A stretch of DNA of 15,377 nt, taken from NCBI GenBank assembly GCA_964388055.1, contig CAYLXU010000007.1, positions 13,661 through 29,037 on the forward strand, given 5' to 3'. This document shows, in pieces, positions 13,917 to 15,377 of the stretch (position 1 is its first letter; each line of letters begins with the position of its first letter). The DNA is from an uncultured Candidatus Saccharibacteria bacterium (GTDB taxonomy: Bacteria; Patescibacteriota; Minisyncoccia; UBA6257; JACRHW01). The translations under genes were made by a program, and so were the position numbers. The notes under the pieces were generated by a model, which saw only the letters and a list, made by a program, of their open reading frames with translations, did not search any database and was not told the origin of the DNA.

Positions 13917-14161
13917 TAGGACAATATTGATGCCATAAACAATTGAATAGTTGCGCAAAAAAGCCATGTTCCGGCAGCGAAAAAGGCCACCCAACTCCCC
14001 TTAAGAGCATCGAGTCCATAATTAACAGAGGCGATTATACAGACAGTCCCCGCAAGAACGTGAATCACAAAACTGCTTTCCCAAAAAAGCGGAATAAGAC
14101 AAACGAGAGCGGCAGCAAAACCAAAAAAAGTCGATTCTGTCCTAATCTTATCTTCTTGCAT
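13916..14161 (-). CDS. Small membrane protein with two predicted TM helices (81 aa).
   Basis: Excellent SD AAAAAGGAGGTG lies 6 nt before the ATG. Hydrophobic segments AAALVCLIPLFW and VAFFAAGTWLFCATIQLFMASIL are present. It is divergent from the amidase gene. Confidence 0.6.
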   Translation of the reverse strand: MQEDKIRTESTFFGFAAALVCLIPLFWESSFVIHVLAGTVCIIASVNYGLDALKGSWVAFFAAGTWLFCATIQLFMASILS

Positions 14162-14194
14162 AAAGCACCTCCTTTTTAAGATGAACTAACAAAA

Positions 14195-14223
14195 TATATA
14201 TCACACGTGTTGACTTGTGTAAA
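14195..14223 (-). promoter_or_regulatory. Candidate promoter for the small 2-TM ORF. TTTACA (rc of 14218-14223), 17-nt spacer, TATATA (rc of 14195-14200).
   Basis: Read directly. It interleaves with the amidase promoter on the other strand. Confidence 0.45.
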
Positions 14224-14238
14224 TGAAACAGGGATAAT
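14210..14238 (+). promoter_or_regulatory. Sigma70 promoter for the amidase gene. TTGACT (14210-14215), 17-nt spacer, GATAAT (14233-14238).
   Basis: Hexamers at 5/6 and 5/6 of consensus with an exact 17-nt spacer. It lies about 27 nt upstream of the GTG start. Confidence 0.6.
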
Positions 14239-14264
14239 GATCCATCGTACATTCACAACCAGAG

Positions 14265-15170
14265 GTGAGATATGTGAAACGCAACATTCTGATAAGCGTT
14301 GTTCTTTTGCTTACGTGTTGTATGGGAGTCATCGCAAAAATACGGCATTGCCCCACAGAACCTGAAATTAAACTTGAAATCCAAAGGCAGAAGACAGCCG
14401 TTGCCGTACTACGTGCAAAAATAAAACAAACTTCCTCACTAAGAAACTATTACGTTGTGATAGATCCGGGGCACGGAGACGGTGACCCTGGAGCAATAAG
14501 AGACGTAGAAATCAAAAAGAATACAACTATTTCTGTATCTGAAAGTGTTCTTACCCTTGACATCTCGCGACGTCTTGCGTGGAATCTTAGGCAACATGGT
14601 TGCAATATCTTCATGACATTGGGTCCCACAACGATTACAGAGGCACAAGATACATACGCCTTCTGGCACCCCTTCTCACCACCATTTATATTAAAAGAGC
14701 TTAAGCCCCTTCTTTCTCCCTCTCCGTATGCATATACCCCACTTGAGCAAGCACTCACCACACGAACAGAGGTGGCAAACCAAAAAGTACGGAGGTTTGG
14801 AAAGAGAAAAGTTCTTTTTACCTCAATACACGTAGACTCTACAACCTCTTCCGTAAGCGGCATGCGAATCTATTCATATTATGGGACAAGATCTCATCTC
14901 AGTGACACGCTTGCCAAAACCGCAAAAGAAAAGAAGATGGCAAGAGTTAAAAGGGTCGGAAACAAAGAGTTCCCATTTTTTTCAAGCCTCAAATCCGGTT
15001 TTATAGTGATCAACCCAGACTTTAATTACGCACAAGATAAGGTCCTGATAGAAACCGCGAACATCAGAAACGATGCAGACTTCAAGCTCCTTTGCACAGC
15101 TGAGGGAAGAGAGCGTATTGCACAAACCATCGCGGAAGGAATCATCCTTTATGTCTCAAAAAAACGATAA
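14265..15170 (+). CDS. N-acetylmuramoyl-L-alanine amidase (Amidase_3 family, AmiC/CwlC-like) with an N-terminal signal or anchor sequence (301 aa). The start is either GTG 14265 or GTG 14274.
   Basis: Zn-amidase signature YVVIDPGHGDGDPGA at the start of the catalytic domain. LFTSIHVDS is the family's second conserved metal-binding segment. A hydrophobic N-terminus ILISVVLLLTCCMGVIA is present. SD AGAGGTGAG overlaps 14261-14269, which favours the GTG at 14274 as the true start. Confidence 0.8.
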   Translation: MRYVKRNILISVVLLLTCCMGVIAKIRHCPTEPEIKLEIQRQKTAVAVLRAKIKQTSSLRNYYVVIDPGHGDGDPGAIRDVEIKKNTTISVSESVLTLDISRRLAWNLRQHGCNIFMTLGPTTITEAQDTYAFWHPFSPPFILKELKPLLSPSPYAYTPLEQALTTRTEVANQKVRRFGKRKVLFTSIHVDSTTSSVSGMRIYSYYGTRSHLSDTLAKTAKEKKMARVKRVGNKEFPFFSSLKSGFIVINPDFNYAQDKVLIETANIRNDADFKLLCTAEGRERIAQTIAEGIILYVSKKR

Positions 15171-15225
15171 TCTCGGCAATCCCGAGATTTTTAATTTTTA
15201 CATTAAATATGCTAAGGTGTGGTCA

Positions 15226-15377
15226 TGGAAAAAGAAAACATTCCTATTATTCTTACCACGCATCCGTCAGCGGATTATGAACTAATCGACAGCGGTAACA
15301 ACGAAAAATTGGAACGCTATGGTCAGGTTATTTTACGCCGCCCGGACCCGCAAGCGCTATGGCACAAAACAAATGAG
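15226..15377 (+). CDS. 5' end of a gene that runs off the window (first 50 codons, MEKENIPIILTTHPSADYELIDSGNNEKLERYGQVILRRPDPQALWHKTNE...). Function unassigned.
   Basis: ATG at 15226 is preceded by SD AAGGTG with a 7-nt spacer. The frame is open to the window end. Fifty residues are too few for a family call. Confidence 0.45.

Noticed and set aside
15073-15285. 70-aa ORF MQTSSSFAQ...
   Set aside because: It overlaps the 3' end of the amidase gene and the start of the next gene in another frame, and has no RBS.
1-15377. Whole-window check for integrase, transposase, restriction-modification, toxin-antitoxin or other defence genes.
   Set aside because: No ORF shows recognisable catalytic motifs of these families (DDE, tyrosine-recombinase RHRY, methyltransferase motifs I/IV). 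The only mobility hints are the sequence scars at the tRNA and the foreign GC-rich ORF.

Overview
The window is about 15.4 kb of low-GC bacterial DNA (roughly 40% GC by eye) with compact gene organisation. Promoters are sigma70-like (TTGACA-17-TATAAT), Shine-Dalgarno sites are strong (AGGAGG/GGAGGTG), and genes end in classical hairpin plus T-run terminators.

I can support 17 protein-coding genes and one tRNA:
- ATP-dependent DNA ligase, a putative lipoprotein, MurC, and a membrane-fused spermidine-synthase-like protein;
- a 119-aa hypothetical protein;
- tRNA-Val(UAC);
- a signal-peptide plus 9-TM membrane protein;
- an nfeD-flotillin operon with a divergent small membrane ORF;
- a thymidylate module: dCTP deaminase divergent from a small GC-rich ORF, then thyA, folA and a DUF192 protein;
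- a small 2-TM protein divergent from an Amidase_3 cell-wall amidase;
- the 5' end of one further gene at the window edge.

I see no integrase, transposase, CRISPR, restriction-modification or recognisable defence genes.

The features that gene content does not explain are:
1. Two homologous intergenic arrays of GTGAAACA/TGTTTCAC palindromes (at least 14 half-sites). One of them lies in 52-bp tandem repeats at the window edge, and each array has a TTGACAAT/TTGTCAAT element sandwiched between half-sites.
2. The tRNA-Val locus is enclosed by a perfect 19-bp inverted repeat. The tRNA's 3' 19 nt are duplicated 130 bp away, and a roughly 110-nt switch-like structured element lies in between.
3. A 360-bp ORF of about 60% GC, with high-GC codon usage, sits between dcd and thyA on its own native-looking promoter and terminator. 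It looks horizontally acquired.

All calls rest on reading the sequence and remembered family motifs. No database searches were run.
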